From positions 218,650-243,684 of the IMG/VR virus record IMGVR_UViG_3300037418_002962: a stretch of DNA of 25,035 bases. One strand, written 5' to 3'. Of the stretch, positions 8,536-16,879 are shown one piece after another. The notes under the pieces were generated by a model that was not told the DNA's origin, did not search any database, and saw nothing but the letters and a program-made list of their open reading frames with translations. Source of the stretch: a virus (Duplodnaviria; Heunggongvirae; Uroviricota; Caudoviricetes). The position numbers were made by a program, and so were the translations under genes. Position 1 is the first letter of the stretch; the number at the start of each line of letters is the position of its first letter.

Positions 8536-8563
8536 ATTATAAGCTATTTTAGAGAGATGTCAA
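8536..8563 (-). promoter_or_regulatory. Sigma70-type early promoter TTGACA-16-TATAAT
   Basis: Perfect -35 and -10 boxes in an intergenic gap. Confidence 0.88.
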
Positions 8564-8568
8564 TAGCC

Positions 8569-8757
8569 CTAGTCACAAGAGTTATACATACTGCATCTGA
8601 CAATGATTTCTGGATCTTCAACGATAACAGCAGTAGGAGAATATCCTTGTTGAGACAAAACATATTCTTTGTATTCAATGGCTTCCTGCATATCCTTAAA
8701 GCCTACCGCAATCCAGGAAGAAAAATTTGCATAGCCATATTCACTGATAATTTTCAT
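8569..8757 (-). CDS. Hypothetical protein
   Basis: TAATG coupling with upstream nuclease. Confidence 0.65.
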   Translation of the reverse strand: MKIISEYGYANFSSWIAVGFKDMQEAIEYKEYVLSQQGYSPTAVIVEDPEIIVRCSMYNSCD

Positions 8758-9248
8758 TAAACTACCCAATACTTTTTATATCGTAAAGGACCTTTAGAAC
8801 TCTGATAATATGAGAAATCATCAATCTGTAACCAAACCAATTCATCCTCTGATTTCACAACTTCGTCAAGATATCTAATCATAGACTCACGATCATACTG
8901 GATTGCTCTGCCATCTTCAACATTCAGATGCACAATGAACTTACTTTTCTTCTTAGGATTTCTGATCCAGCCATTTGCATGATTTTCTACCGGAAAATCT
9001 CCATCCCCACGAAGGGTTGATTTAACATCAATCCCGATTGGTTCTGATTTCTTATCTTCCCATACCTCAAAATCAATTCCAAGATTTTGCATATCCCTAT
9101 CAGAATCATAATATTTCACTTTATAGTATTGCGTCTTGGCATAATCAAGAAACATTGATTCTGCCTTAACCCCTCTGTCTAGCTTATCAGACTTTCCAAA
9201 GGCATCTTCAAGATTTTCAGTCCATTCTTGATTAATTCTATCAGACAT
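8757..9248 (-). CDS. PD-(D/E)xK restriction-endonuclease-fold protein
   Basis: G..AE helix; GIDFEV...IGIDVKS core. Confidence 0.7.
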   Translation of the reverse strand: MSDRINQEWTENLEDAFGKSDKLDRGVKAESMFLDYAKTQYYKVKYYDSDRDMQNLGIDFEVWEDKKSEPIGIDVKSTLRGDGDFPVENHANGWIRNPKKKSKFIVHLNVEDGRAIQYDRESMIRYLDEVVKSEDELVWLQIDDFSYYQSSKGPLRYKKYWVV

Positions 9249-9585
9249 TTTTCCTCTTTTTACATGGTATTAAATATGCGTAACTTTCATTTAAATTTCC
9301 TTGACGATTAGGACTTAAAGCATAACCACATTTTTCACATTTATAAGAAGGTCCAGTATTATCATCAATTTTATAAATCCAGGCATGATCGTATTCAATG
9401 CCTTCTTTTTCGCTTTCATATCTTTCGTATTCTATTTTGCGAGTAACATAATAATAAGCCATTGTGCAAAATGTATGTTTCATATATTGGTCACTTTCCC
9501 CACACCAAGAACAACGATATTGAGGTTCAAAAGTATTAGGGTCGATTTCTCTAACCCAATTATGCCCTAACCATCTATAATTCAT
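9241..9585 (-). CDS. Zn-finger protein with two HxW...CxxC repeats
   Basis: HNW...YRCSWCG...C and HAW...YKCEKCG...C. Confidence 0.75.
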   Translation of the reverse strand: MNYRWLGHNWVREIDPNTFEPQYRCSWCGESDQYMKHTFCTMAYYYVTRKIEYERYESEKEGIEYDHAWIYKIDDNTGPSYKCEKCGYALSPNRQGNLNESYAYLIPCKKRKNV

Positions 9586-9953
9586 TCCTTATCCTTGCAA
9601 AGCTCCAAAGAACCATATTCTAAATGGTCTTTGATATTTCCTTCATCATCTGTAGCATAGGCTATCTTACATTTAGAACATTCATATTTCCAAGAAAAAG
9701 AACACATATCTCTAACTAATTTCCAATCATGGTCGTAACTTGGTTCACAAAAAGTATTATAATCCATGTCCTTAAATTGTATCATTTCATCTAGACCATG
9801 AATTTCACTGAGCCAGCCAGTTTTATGACAGTCTTTACAAACAAATCTTCTTCTCAGATTACGAATGAATTTATTTTGATATCCAGAACTTAATAGCTCG
9901 ATATTTCTTTGTCCTGAAAATGTACAAGGTTCCCAATTATGGTGTTTAGGCAT
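9582..9953 (-). CDS. Zn-finger protein with two HxW...CxxC repeats
   Basis: HNW...FVCKDC...C and HDW...YECSKC...C. Confidence 0.75.
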   Translation of the reverse strand: MPKHHNWEPCTFSGQRNIELLSSGYQNKFIRNLRRRFVCKDCHKTGWLSEIHGLDEMIQFKDMDYNTFCEPSYDHDWKLVRDMCSFSWKYECSKCKIAYATDDEGNIKDHLEYGSLELCKDKE

Positions 9954-10321
9954 TAAGCCTGTCTCTCAAAATAATGAGTCTTAAAAGAGCAGTTTTCTCC
10001 AAAATAATCCTTAATACAATCTTTTACATCTTCAATAGAAAACTCTTTACATGAAAAAACGTCAATGTAAAAAGTATCTGTATCGTCACAAAAATGAGCA
10101 GCAATAGAGCTTGTTTCGATAAGTTGAACTAAGGTGAATCCTGCCTTATTTCCAGTACCAAATTTTACAATTTTAGGATCTTCATAACGAACCATAGCAA
10201 TTCTATCGACAAGATCAATAGTAAAATCATAAATTACATCGTAACTCGTGATGGAATCATGCTCTGCTCCAGCCACGTCTAAGCTTAATGAATAACCCCA
10301 ATTAGTAACTTCTTGATTCAT
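9953..10321 (-). CDS. S-adenosylmethionine decarboxylase proenzyme family (pyruvoyl, SpeD/SpeH-like)
   Basis: WGYSLSLD; GFTLVQLIETSSIAAHF; YIDVFSCKEF. Confidence 0.85.
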   Translation of the reverse strand: MNQEVTNWGYSLSLDVAGAEHDSITSYDVIYDFTIDLVDRIAMVRYEDPKIVKFGTGNKAGFTLVQLIETSSIAAHFCDDTDTFYIDVFSCKEFSIEDVKDCIKDYFGENCSFKTHYFERQA

Positions 10322-10324
10322 TTT

Positions 10325-10615
10325 TTACAAATATCCTTTCATTTCTTTAAGTTTCTTTAATTCAGTTTGATGTTGTTTAACAATTTTAATTTTATCATCA
10401 ATAGCTTTATCGAAAAGCTTCTTGAATAATTCTTCAATGAAAACTCTTTCATTTTTAGCTATTGGTTTTAAATTTTCTGGACTACCAGATGAAATTCCTC
10501 CAAGGCAGTGAATTCCATACCATCTTCCCTGACCATTACCATAATCCTTATACTCTTCAAGCATGAAAAAGGCAGTACTCCCAGAATCATATCTAACAAT
10601 ATCACCCTTTTTCAT
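10325..10615 (-). CDS. Hypothetical protein (KKGDIVRY, SH3-like N-terminus)
   Basis: ORF tiling the operon. Confidence 0.7.
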   Translation of the reverse strand: MKKGDIVRYDSGSTAFFMLEEYKDYGNGQGRWYGIHCLGGISSGSPENLKPIAKNERVFIEELFKKLFDKAIDDKIKIVKQHQTELKKLKEMKGYL

Positions 10616-10790
10616 GTTTTACACTTTCACAAGTACAAGGATCACATTTAGGACAAACATCATAACCATGATCACATTCAATTCCAATTGAACATGAAAC
10701 AGCTTTTAAAAATAAACAACTTGAATGATGCTCTTTTTTATATTTACAAATACAAGTTATAAATCCGCAGTTACAATTATCTTCGCTCAT
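10602..10790 (-). CDS. Cys-rich small protein (11 Cys in 62 aa)
   Basis: ATG overlaps upstream stop; CNC..CIC...CPKCDPCTC. Confidence 0.7.
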   Translation of the reverse strand: MSEDNCNCGFITCICKYKKEHHSSCLFLKAVSCSIGIECDHGYDVCPKCDPCTCESVKHEKG

Positions 10791-11029
10791 TTTTGTACCT
10801 TCTTTGGACATTTTTCATTTAAGTAATCTTGTAAGCTTTTGTTATTATAAGCAGACTGAATTTTATCACTCCAGATTACAACAACTCCACAAGTTCCACA
10901 TCTTTTAGCAGGAACACCATACCAAATTAATGCTCCTGCCACTTCATGAAAATCATGCAAACTCTCATCATACTCATAGTCTTGGTCATAAAATACTGGA
11001 AATAAATTCAGAATATTTATCATAAACAT
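10787..11029 (-). CDS. Zn-finger hypothetical protein (HDF...RCGTCG...C)
   Basis: Same motif family as 9241-9953. Confidence 0.7.
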   Translation of the reverse strand: MFMINILNLFPVFYDQDYEYDESLHDFHEVAGALIWYGVPAKRCGTCGVVVIWSDKIQSAYNNKSLQDYLNEKCPKKVQK

Positions 11030-11229
11030 TGGCCTATTTTATATTTAACTATAACAGGAGGCATTAATTTACCTGAAACAATATGTCCTTCTTTCATAGA
11101 TTTATCACAAGATTTTCTAATTTTCTTAAGATGTTTCATATCTTTTATAGCTTCTTCTTTAGAATCAAAAGATTTCGAGCATTTCTGCCACCCATGCCGA
11201 TGGTTTATTAGAACACACCATTTAATCAT
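11020..11229 (-). CDS. Hypothetical protein (MIKWCVLINH...FDSKEEA)
   Basis: ATG overlaps the spoVR stop; trimmed from track ORF 11020..11406. Confidence 0.65.
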   Translation of the reverse strand: MIKWCVLINHRHGWQKCSKSFDSKEEAIKDMKHLKKIRKSCDKSMKEGHIVSGKLMPPVIVKYKIGQCL

Positions 11230-12763
11230 CTCGCCAGCCACATCTATAAACCAATTTCTTGTTCTCAATATCCTGAAGCTCAACATCATAACCCCACAAA
11301 TATTGAATATAAAATAACGTATCTCTGGCAGAATTTCTATTAATTTTCTTACCATTGATAATATCATGGTGTAAATATAATTTCCTATCTCCAAGAAGAT
11401 TGACATCCGTTACCTGAATATTTGGGAAACGATTTGTCATATCATAATTATGGGAAAGGTCAGAAATAATTCTTTTATATCCATCCTCATTCTGAATTTT
11501 ATCAATTTTATAATACTCTGATTTTGAATCATTATAAACAGAAAAAAGCTTCATATCTCTAATTAACTTTGGACTTAGATATTGAAGAATAAAGCTATCA
11601 TCTCGATAATGCATCATTGCTTCTTTTAATGTATCAAGATAATTAGTTCCAACAATTTCAGGAAACCATTTTTCATCTTCCTTGGTTGGCTCTTTGCACA
11701 TTCTTTCAATATCTCGGAAAATATTAAATCCTAGATAATAAGGATTAATTCCAGAATAATTTGGTGAATCATGTGGTGGCTGATAAACAACTCCACAATG
11801 GCTAGTAATAAATTCTAGATAATAGCCATCATCAATCATTCCCTTTTCATACATCATATTAAGAATTGTATAATGGCTCCAGCTTGCAAATCCTTCATTA
11901 AGGACTTTTGTTGGTCCCTGAACAGAGAAATACTGAGTAATTTTACGAACAATTCTCAAAATTTCCCTCTGCCAATCCTTCAGGATTGGAGAATTCTTTT
12001 GTAGGAAATAAAGAATATTTTCTTGAGGAAGATTTAAAAGCTTTTGTCTTTCAACAAAATTATCATATTTTTCCGATGAAATTGTTGCAGATTTCTTGCC
12101 AACAGGAACTGTATTCCAGATTTCATTAACAGCAGCTTGCCTATCTCTTTCTAATTTATCTTTACGTTCCTTTGCTTCATGAGTAGTAAGCTTCTTTGGC
12201 CTTGCATAACGATCTACACCGTTATCTCGTAATGCATGTGCAGCATCAATAGTTTTTTCAACTTCATCATAACCATATCTCTCTTCACAATCTTTAATGA
12301 AATCCTTAGCATAAACTAGGTAATCAATAATCCATGTTGCATCAGTTCTTTCCTTGAAATAAACATTATTCTTAAAGACAGCATTATGTCCAACTCCAGC
12401 ATGAGCTAGAACAAGTAGCTGCATAAGCATAGTATTATCTTCTTGTAAATAATTAATGCAAGGATCTGAATTGATTACCATTTCATAAGCCAAACCTCTC
12501 ATTCCTTTTTGATACATTTGATTATCACGGATAAAGTTTTTTCCGATACTCCAATGATCATAATAAGTTGGCATACCAATGCTTGAATAAGCATCAAGCA
12601 TTTGCTCAGTATTGATAATTTCGATCTGATTTGTATAAAGGTCTAATCCAAGCTCTCCTTTTCCAATCTCTTCAACAATCTGAAGTCCAGTTTGAATATC
12701 TTCAAATGACCACTCTGCACCAGAGAAAATTGGCTTTGATACCTCTTTAACTTTTTTCGCCAT
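11222..12763 (-). CDS. spoVR: SpoVR/YcgB family protein
   Basis: QMLDAYSSIGMP.YDHWS; GLAYEMVINSDPC; LAHAGVGHNAVFKNN; KVLNEGFASWSH; INPYYLGF; YRDDSFILQYLSP; LWGYDV; AAGGAG SD before ATG 12763. Confidence 0.95.
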   Translation of the reverse strand: MAKKVKEVSKPIFSGAEWSFEDIQTGLQIVEEIGKGELGLDLYTNQIEIINTEQMLDAYSSIGMPTYYDHWSIGKNFIRDNQMYQKGMRGLAYEMVINSDPCINYLQEDNTMLMQLLVLAHAGVGHNAVFKNNVYFKERTDATWIIDYLVYAKDFIKDCEERYGYDEVEKTIDAAHALRDNGVDRYARPKKLTTHEAKERKDKLERDRQAAVNEIWNTVPVGKKSATISSEKYDNFVERQKLLNLPQENILYFLQKNSPILKDWQREILRIVRKITQYFSVQGPTKVLNEGFASWSHYTILNMMYEKGMIDDGYYLEFITSHCGVVYQPPHDSPNYSGINPYYLGFNIFRDIERMCKEPTKEDEKWFPEIVGTNYLDTLKEAMMHYRDDSFILQYLSPKLIRDMKLFSVYNDSKSEYYKIDKIQNEDGYKRIISDLSHNYDMTNRFPNIQVTDVNLLGDRKLYLHHDIINGKKINRNSARDTLFYIQYLWGYDVELQDIENKKLVYRCGWRDD

Positions 12764-12767
12764 TTGT

Positions 12768-14051
12768 TTAACGCTCCTTCTGGAATAATTCCTGAAAAAT
12801 TGGGAAAACTTCATTTTTATCTGCAACTCTTTTCATTGCAAATTTTGGATTTTCCTTTGCCACTGATTCATAATCAGCCCATAAATCAGATGGTTTATTA
12901 TAATAGCTGCCAAAATCAGATTGAAATGGATGCTTGATCTCTAGATAAGCATAATATTGCACTCTTGGCAAGATAATATTATGAAGCAGTTCAATACATT
13001 TTTTATTATCTCCTGACCAATTATCTCCATCTGAACACTGAGCTACATAGATATTCCAATTTATATCGTAACGAGACTCAATAATCTTAATCATTTCTAC
13101 TAATGCAGATGAAACCATTGTTCCACCTGTTTCAGTTCCATAGAAAAATTCTTGTTCATCTACTTCTTTTGCAATTTGGGTATGACGAATAAAAACAATT
13201 TCTACTTTATCATATTTTCTCTGGAGGAATAAATTAAGAAGAATAAAAAATACTTTAGCAACTTCTTTTTCATGTTCACTCATACTTCCAGAAACATCCA
13301 TTAAGCAGAAAACAACTGCAGAAGTATTTGGAAGCATTACAGGAATGTGAAGACGATATCTTGTATCAAAAGGATCAATCCATGGAATAGCAGCAAGCTT
13401 GCGCTTCATTGCTTCAAGCTTTTGCTCCAATTCTACCGTATTCAGTCCTGATTTCTTGTTTTCTTCAATTTCAGCTTCAAGAGCTTCAATATCTTCTCTT
13501 TTTGGACGGTTAAGACCGATACGTCTACCCATTGATTGCTTTAGAGTTCTCCTAATATCAAGGTTTGAAGGAGACCCCTCATTAGTATATCCTCCACGCT
13601 TATTTTTCTTAACTTTAACTTCCTTAAGCATTTTCTTTACTAGATCAGGAAGTTCAAGATCTTCAAAAAATAAATCTAGAAATTCTTCACGAGAAAGAAC
13701 AAAAGTAAATGAATCGTTCCCTTCTCCATCTTGTGAACCTTCTCTTCCAGAACCCTGTGCAGAATCTTGTGTTGGTTTATTGATTAAATCGCCTTCTGCA
13801 TATTGCTTATTTCCAGGAACTACAACATTTCCTTTTCCTGTTTTCGAATCATGCCCAAAGGATGGCTCATCCAAAGTCTTTGAACGCACTTTGATTTTAG
13901 TCTTATCTAGGTCTATATCCTTGATATTACGACCCTTAGCAATATTATTTACCTGTTCTTTGATAGCTTCTTTGGCTCTTTTAATAAACTTCTGTTTATT
14001 ATTAAGATTTTTTCCTCCAGAATTCTTCCTGCGATCAATAACATAGCTCAT
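12768..14051 (-). CDS. yeaH: YeaH/YhbH (DUF444/UPF0229) vWA-domain protein
   Basis: IDRRKN..GKN; LFFEDLELPDL; MIDAS CLMDVSGSM; ETGGT; AQCSDGDNW. Confidence 0.95.
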   Translation of the reverse strand: MSYVIDRRKNSGGKNLNNKQKFIKRAKEAIKEQVNNIAKGRNIKDIDLDKTKIKVRSKTLDEPSFGHDSKTGKGNVVVPGNKQYAEGDLINKPTQDSAQGSGREGSQDGEGNDSFTFVLSREEFLDLFFEDLELPDLVKKMLKEVKVKKNKRGGYTNEGSPSNLDIRRTLKQSMGRRIGLNRPKREDIEALEAEIEENKKSGLNTVELEQKLEAMKRKLAAIPWIDPFDTRYRLHIPVMLPNTSAVVFCLMDVSGSMSEHEKEVAKVFFILLNLFLQRKYDKVEIVFIRHTQIAKEVDEQEFFYGTETGGTMVSSALVEMIKIIESRYDINWNIYVAQCSDGDNWSGDNKKCIELLHNIILPRVQYYAYLEIKHPFQSDFGSYYNKPSDLWADYESVAKENPKFAMKRVADKNEVFPIFQELFQKER

Positions 14052-14084
14052 AAATTATATCCTTTTTGTTACAAGAAAAATTAG

Positions 14085-14124
14085 GAAAGGGATGTAAATA
14101 TCTAAATCTACCTACATCCCTTTC
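14085..14124. terminator. 12-bp stem-loop between prkA and yeaH (terminator, attenuator or stabiliser)
   Basis: GAAAGGGATGTA-16 nt-TACATCCCTTTC with T-rich runs after it on both strands. Confidence 0.7.
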
Positions 14125-14129
14125 TTTTA

Positions 14130-16067
14130 TTAGTTATTCTTGTTTGCCCTGACATACCATTCTACTAGGCGATTTGCCTGCTTCTTGGTATAACCTCTCT
14201 TTACCATACGGTCAAGAAATTCCCCATGCTTCTTTTCAGTTTCAGAGTCCTTTTTTGTAGTAAAGGAAATTACTGGAAGCATTTCATCAAGAGACATAAA
14301 CATCTTCTTCTCAATGACTTCTGCAAGCTTCTTATAGGAGTTCCAGGCAACATTCTTACCACTGGCCCTAACCCGGAATACATGAGTAACAACTTCCTGA
14401 CGAAAATCCTTGGCATTGATGATATTTCCAGGACGTTCGATTTTCTCTAGCTCTTTTTCAAGCATTGAGCGATCCCACATCTGGCCTGTATCTTCATCGC
14501 GGAAATCTTCTTCACGTAGCCATGCATCAGCATAAGCAATGTAACGGTCAAACTGTGACTGACCAAAATCTCCATAAGATTCAATATAAGCCTTCTGAAT
14601 TTCCTCACCAATGAATTTTGCATATTCAGGAGCAAGATAAGACGTAATAAACTCCAGGTAACGATTTTCAGTTTCATTACTAAACTGTTCACGCTTTAGA
14701 GCCTCTTTAAGAATAAACATTAGATGAACTGGATCTGCTGCTACTTCAGTAGAGTCATAATTATATGTCTGACTTAGAACCTTGAAGGCAAATCTGGTAG
14801 AAATTCCCTGCATACCCTCATCAAGGCCAGCAAGATCACGATATTCCTGAAGACTCTTTGCCTTTGGATCACGATCCTTAATTGACTCGCCATCATAAAT
14901 CTTCATCTTTGAATAAACGGTGCTATTCTCAGGAACTACAAGACGAGTAAGAACAGAAAATCTTGCAAGCATTTCAAGTGTTCCTGGTGCTCTTGGAGCA
15001 GAGCCTAGGCCAGAACCATTGATATACTTTTCGTAAATCTTGCGTTCTTCCGAAACTCTCAGGCAATAAGGAACTTTAATAATGCAAACACGATCAATAA
15101 AGGCTTCATTGTTCTTATTATTCTTAAATGTCTGCCATTCTGCCTCATTTGAGTGAGCAACAACAATACCACTGAATGGAATTGCACCAATATTCTCAGT
15201 ACCAGCATAATTGCGTTCCTGTGTTGCAGTAAGCAATGGATGTAGGCACTTAATTGGAGCCTTGAACATTTCTACGAATTCAAGAAGTCCCTGATTTGCA
15301 CGGCATAGACCACCAGAGTAGCTATAAGCATCAGTATCATTCTGTGAGAAATGCTCTAGCTTACGAATATCAACCTTGCCAACAAGGCTTGAGATATCCT
15401 GATTATTCTCATCTCCTGGTTCAGTCTTTGTGATTGCAATCTGTGCAAGCTTGTCTGGATATACTTTGCGTACTCCAAATAGAGACAAATCGCCTTCTGA
15501 TTCTTCAAGTCTCTTCAATGCCCATGGAGAAATAATGCTATTCTGAACAAATACATGAGCAGGAATTTTATGATCCTTCTGAACATCAGCTTCTACGCCA
15601 ACATACTTTAGAAGTCCAAATACAGACTCAAAAACTGGTGACATTTCACCCTTATAAGTAAGGACATAAATTGGCTCTAGTTCCATTAGTTCCTTTAGCT
15701 TTTCTGCAATAGAAGACTTAGCTGAACCTACTGGACCTAGAAGGTAAAGAACCTGCTTTGATTCTTCCAATCCCTGTGCTGAAAAACGGAAGAAATTGAC
15801 AATACGCTCAATTGTCTCATCCATGCCAAAGAATGACTCACCAAATTTTGGATAATATCGAATTACTCGATTCATGAAAACTCTAGAAAGTACAGGATCT
15901 TTGCTTGTGTCTAGTAACTGTGGCTCTCCAATGGCCTTTACCATTCTTTCAGCAGCATTTGCATAGGCACTTTTATCTTTACTGCAAAGATCCAAATAAT
16001 CATCAAGAGATAGGTCAACAGACTTACGCTTTTGAAAATTATTCTTTACTGCACTCAATAGACTCAT
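14130..16067 (-). CDS. prkA: PrkA/YeaG family AAA+ ATPase (annotated serine kinase family)
   Basis: AQGLEESKQVLYLLGPVGSAKSS; TEPGDENNQDISSLVGK; ANQGLLEFVEMFKAPIK; AHSNE; EAFIDR; VPYCLR; GISTRFAFK. Confidence 0.96.
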   Translation of the reverse strand: MSLLSAVKNNFQKRKSVDLSLDDYLDLCSKDKSAYANAAERMVKAIGEPQLLDTSKDPVLSRVFMNRVIRYYPKFGESFFGMDETIERIVNFFRFSAQGLEESKQVLYLLGPVGSAKSSIAEKLKELMELEPIYVLTYKGEMSPVFESVFGLLKYVGVEADVQKDHKIPAHVFVQNSIISPWALKRLEESEGDLSLFGVRKVYPDKLAQIAITKTEPGDENNQDISSLVGKVDIRKLEHFSQNDTDAYSYSGGLCRANQGLLEFVEMFKAPIKCLHPLLTATQERNYAGTENIGAIPFSGIVVAHSNEAEWQTFKNNKNNEAFIDRVCIIKVPYCLRVSEERKIYEKYINGSGLGSAPRAPGTLEMLARFSVLTRLVVPENSTVYSKMKIYDGESIKDRDPKAKSLQEYRDLAGLDEGMQGISTRFAFKVLSQTYNYDSTEVAADPVHLMFILKEALKREQFSNETENRYLEFITSYLAPEYAKFIGEEIQKAYIESYGDFGQSQFDRYIAYADAWLREEDFRDEDTGQMWDRSMLEKELEKIERPGNIINAKDFRQEVVTHVFRVRASGKNVAWNSYKKLAEVIEKKMFMSLDEMLPVISFTTKKDSETEKKHGEFLDRMVKRGYTKKQANRLVEWYVRANKNN

Positions 16068-16108
16068 TATTAAATACTCCTTTTGTTAAGAAAATTATCC
16101 TATAAAGA

Positions 16109-16116
16109 TATTTATA
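16109..16116 (-). promoter_or_regulatory. T4-late-like promoter TATAAATA about 40 nt upstream of prkA
   Basis: Exact octamer, intergenic, correct orientation. Confidence 0.55.
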
Positions 16117-16237
16117 GTTATTTCATTATCCTCATAGGATGTTAAGGATAATTTTTAGAAAAGATAGTTCGCGAAAGTTCTTCTTTCCAACCATTCTCTT
16201 TAAAGAACCCCTAGGTCTTCTTGAGCATCACAAATTT

Positions 16238-16266
16238 AGGGTAACTTAATTAAAATACTATGTCAA
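16238..16266 (-). promoter_or_regulatory. Sigma70-type promoter TTGACA-17-TACCCT for the prkA operon
   Basis: Perfect -35, 17-bp spacer, TAnnnT -10. Confidence 0.65.
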
Positions 16267-16276
16267 GCACTTTTAA

Positions 16277-16870
16277 CTAATAATTATAGAAAATTCCTTC
16301 ATTTTCTAGTTCTTCTTCAATCCAGCTTTCTTCTTCAATATCATCTTCCTCGTCTTCATCAGAGATAAAAACAATCTTGGCTGCTACCACGTTATTATTT
16401 TTATCTTCAATGATAAAACATTGATAAGAACCATCACCACAACCAGAAGAAGATACTGCACCAAATTCTAAAGTACCGCCATTGGATTCTTCTGTTCCAC
16501 AAGTCAGATTGCAGACTTTACCATAGAAAGTATTTAAATTTCCATATTCGCCATTATTTTCTTTTTTAGGATAAAATTCATCATCAAAAAACCCTGCTTG
16601 TCCTGAATCTACACCAACATCAATGTTTGTTAACTTCCAGGATGAAAGCCTCGGATTATGAATAAATTCAGAATGAATAACTGTTAACTCAGAAACTATA
16701 TCCCACTTTCCACCAGACCATGAATCTGGTTCAGTTGTGATAAAGGCCTTCCAAATTCCAGGAAGCGCATTTTCCAAAACACCAGAACACCAAGTATCTT
16801 TATCATAACATGGATCTGTGACACGAAGTTTTGTTGACTTAAGCTCAAAAGTACCAATATGCTGTGTCAT
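16277..16870 (-). CDS. DUF4241-like protein with acidic tail
   Basis: VTDPCY; VGVDSGQAGFFD; SSGCGDGSY. Confidence 0.75.
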   Translation of the reverse strand: MTQHIGTFELKSTKLRVTDPCYDKDTWCSGVLENALPGIWKAFITTEPDSWSGGKWDIVSELTVIHSEFIHNPRLSSWKLTNIDVGVDSGQAGFFDDEFYPKKENNGEYGNLNTFYGKVCNLTCGTEESNGGTLEFGAVSSSGCGDGSYQCFIIEDKNNNVVAAKIVFISDEDEEDDIEEESWIEEELENEGIFYNY

Positions 16871-16879
16871 ATTTACTCC

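Noticed and set aside
13399-14046. 215-aa plus-strand ORF
   Set aside because: Antisense shadow of yeaH; Ser/Phe/Leu-rich, TTG start, no motifs
14447-14692. Nested minus-strand ORF in prkA (similarly 24729..24917)
   Set aside because: Out-of-frame overlap with a conserved gene; no independent support
16143-16229. MLKKT-TAG-GFFKENGW... suggesting amber recoding
   Set aside because: TAG serves as a normal stop elsewhere (8569, 16277, 19152, 23066) and long genes show no internal TAG; no SD before this ATG
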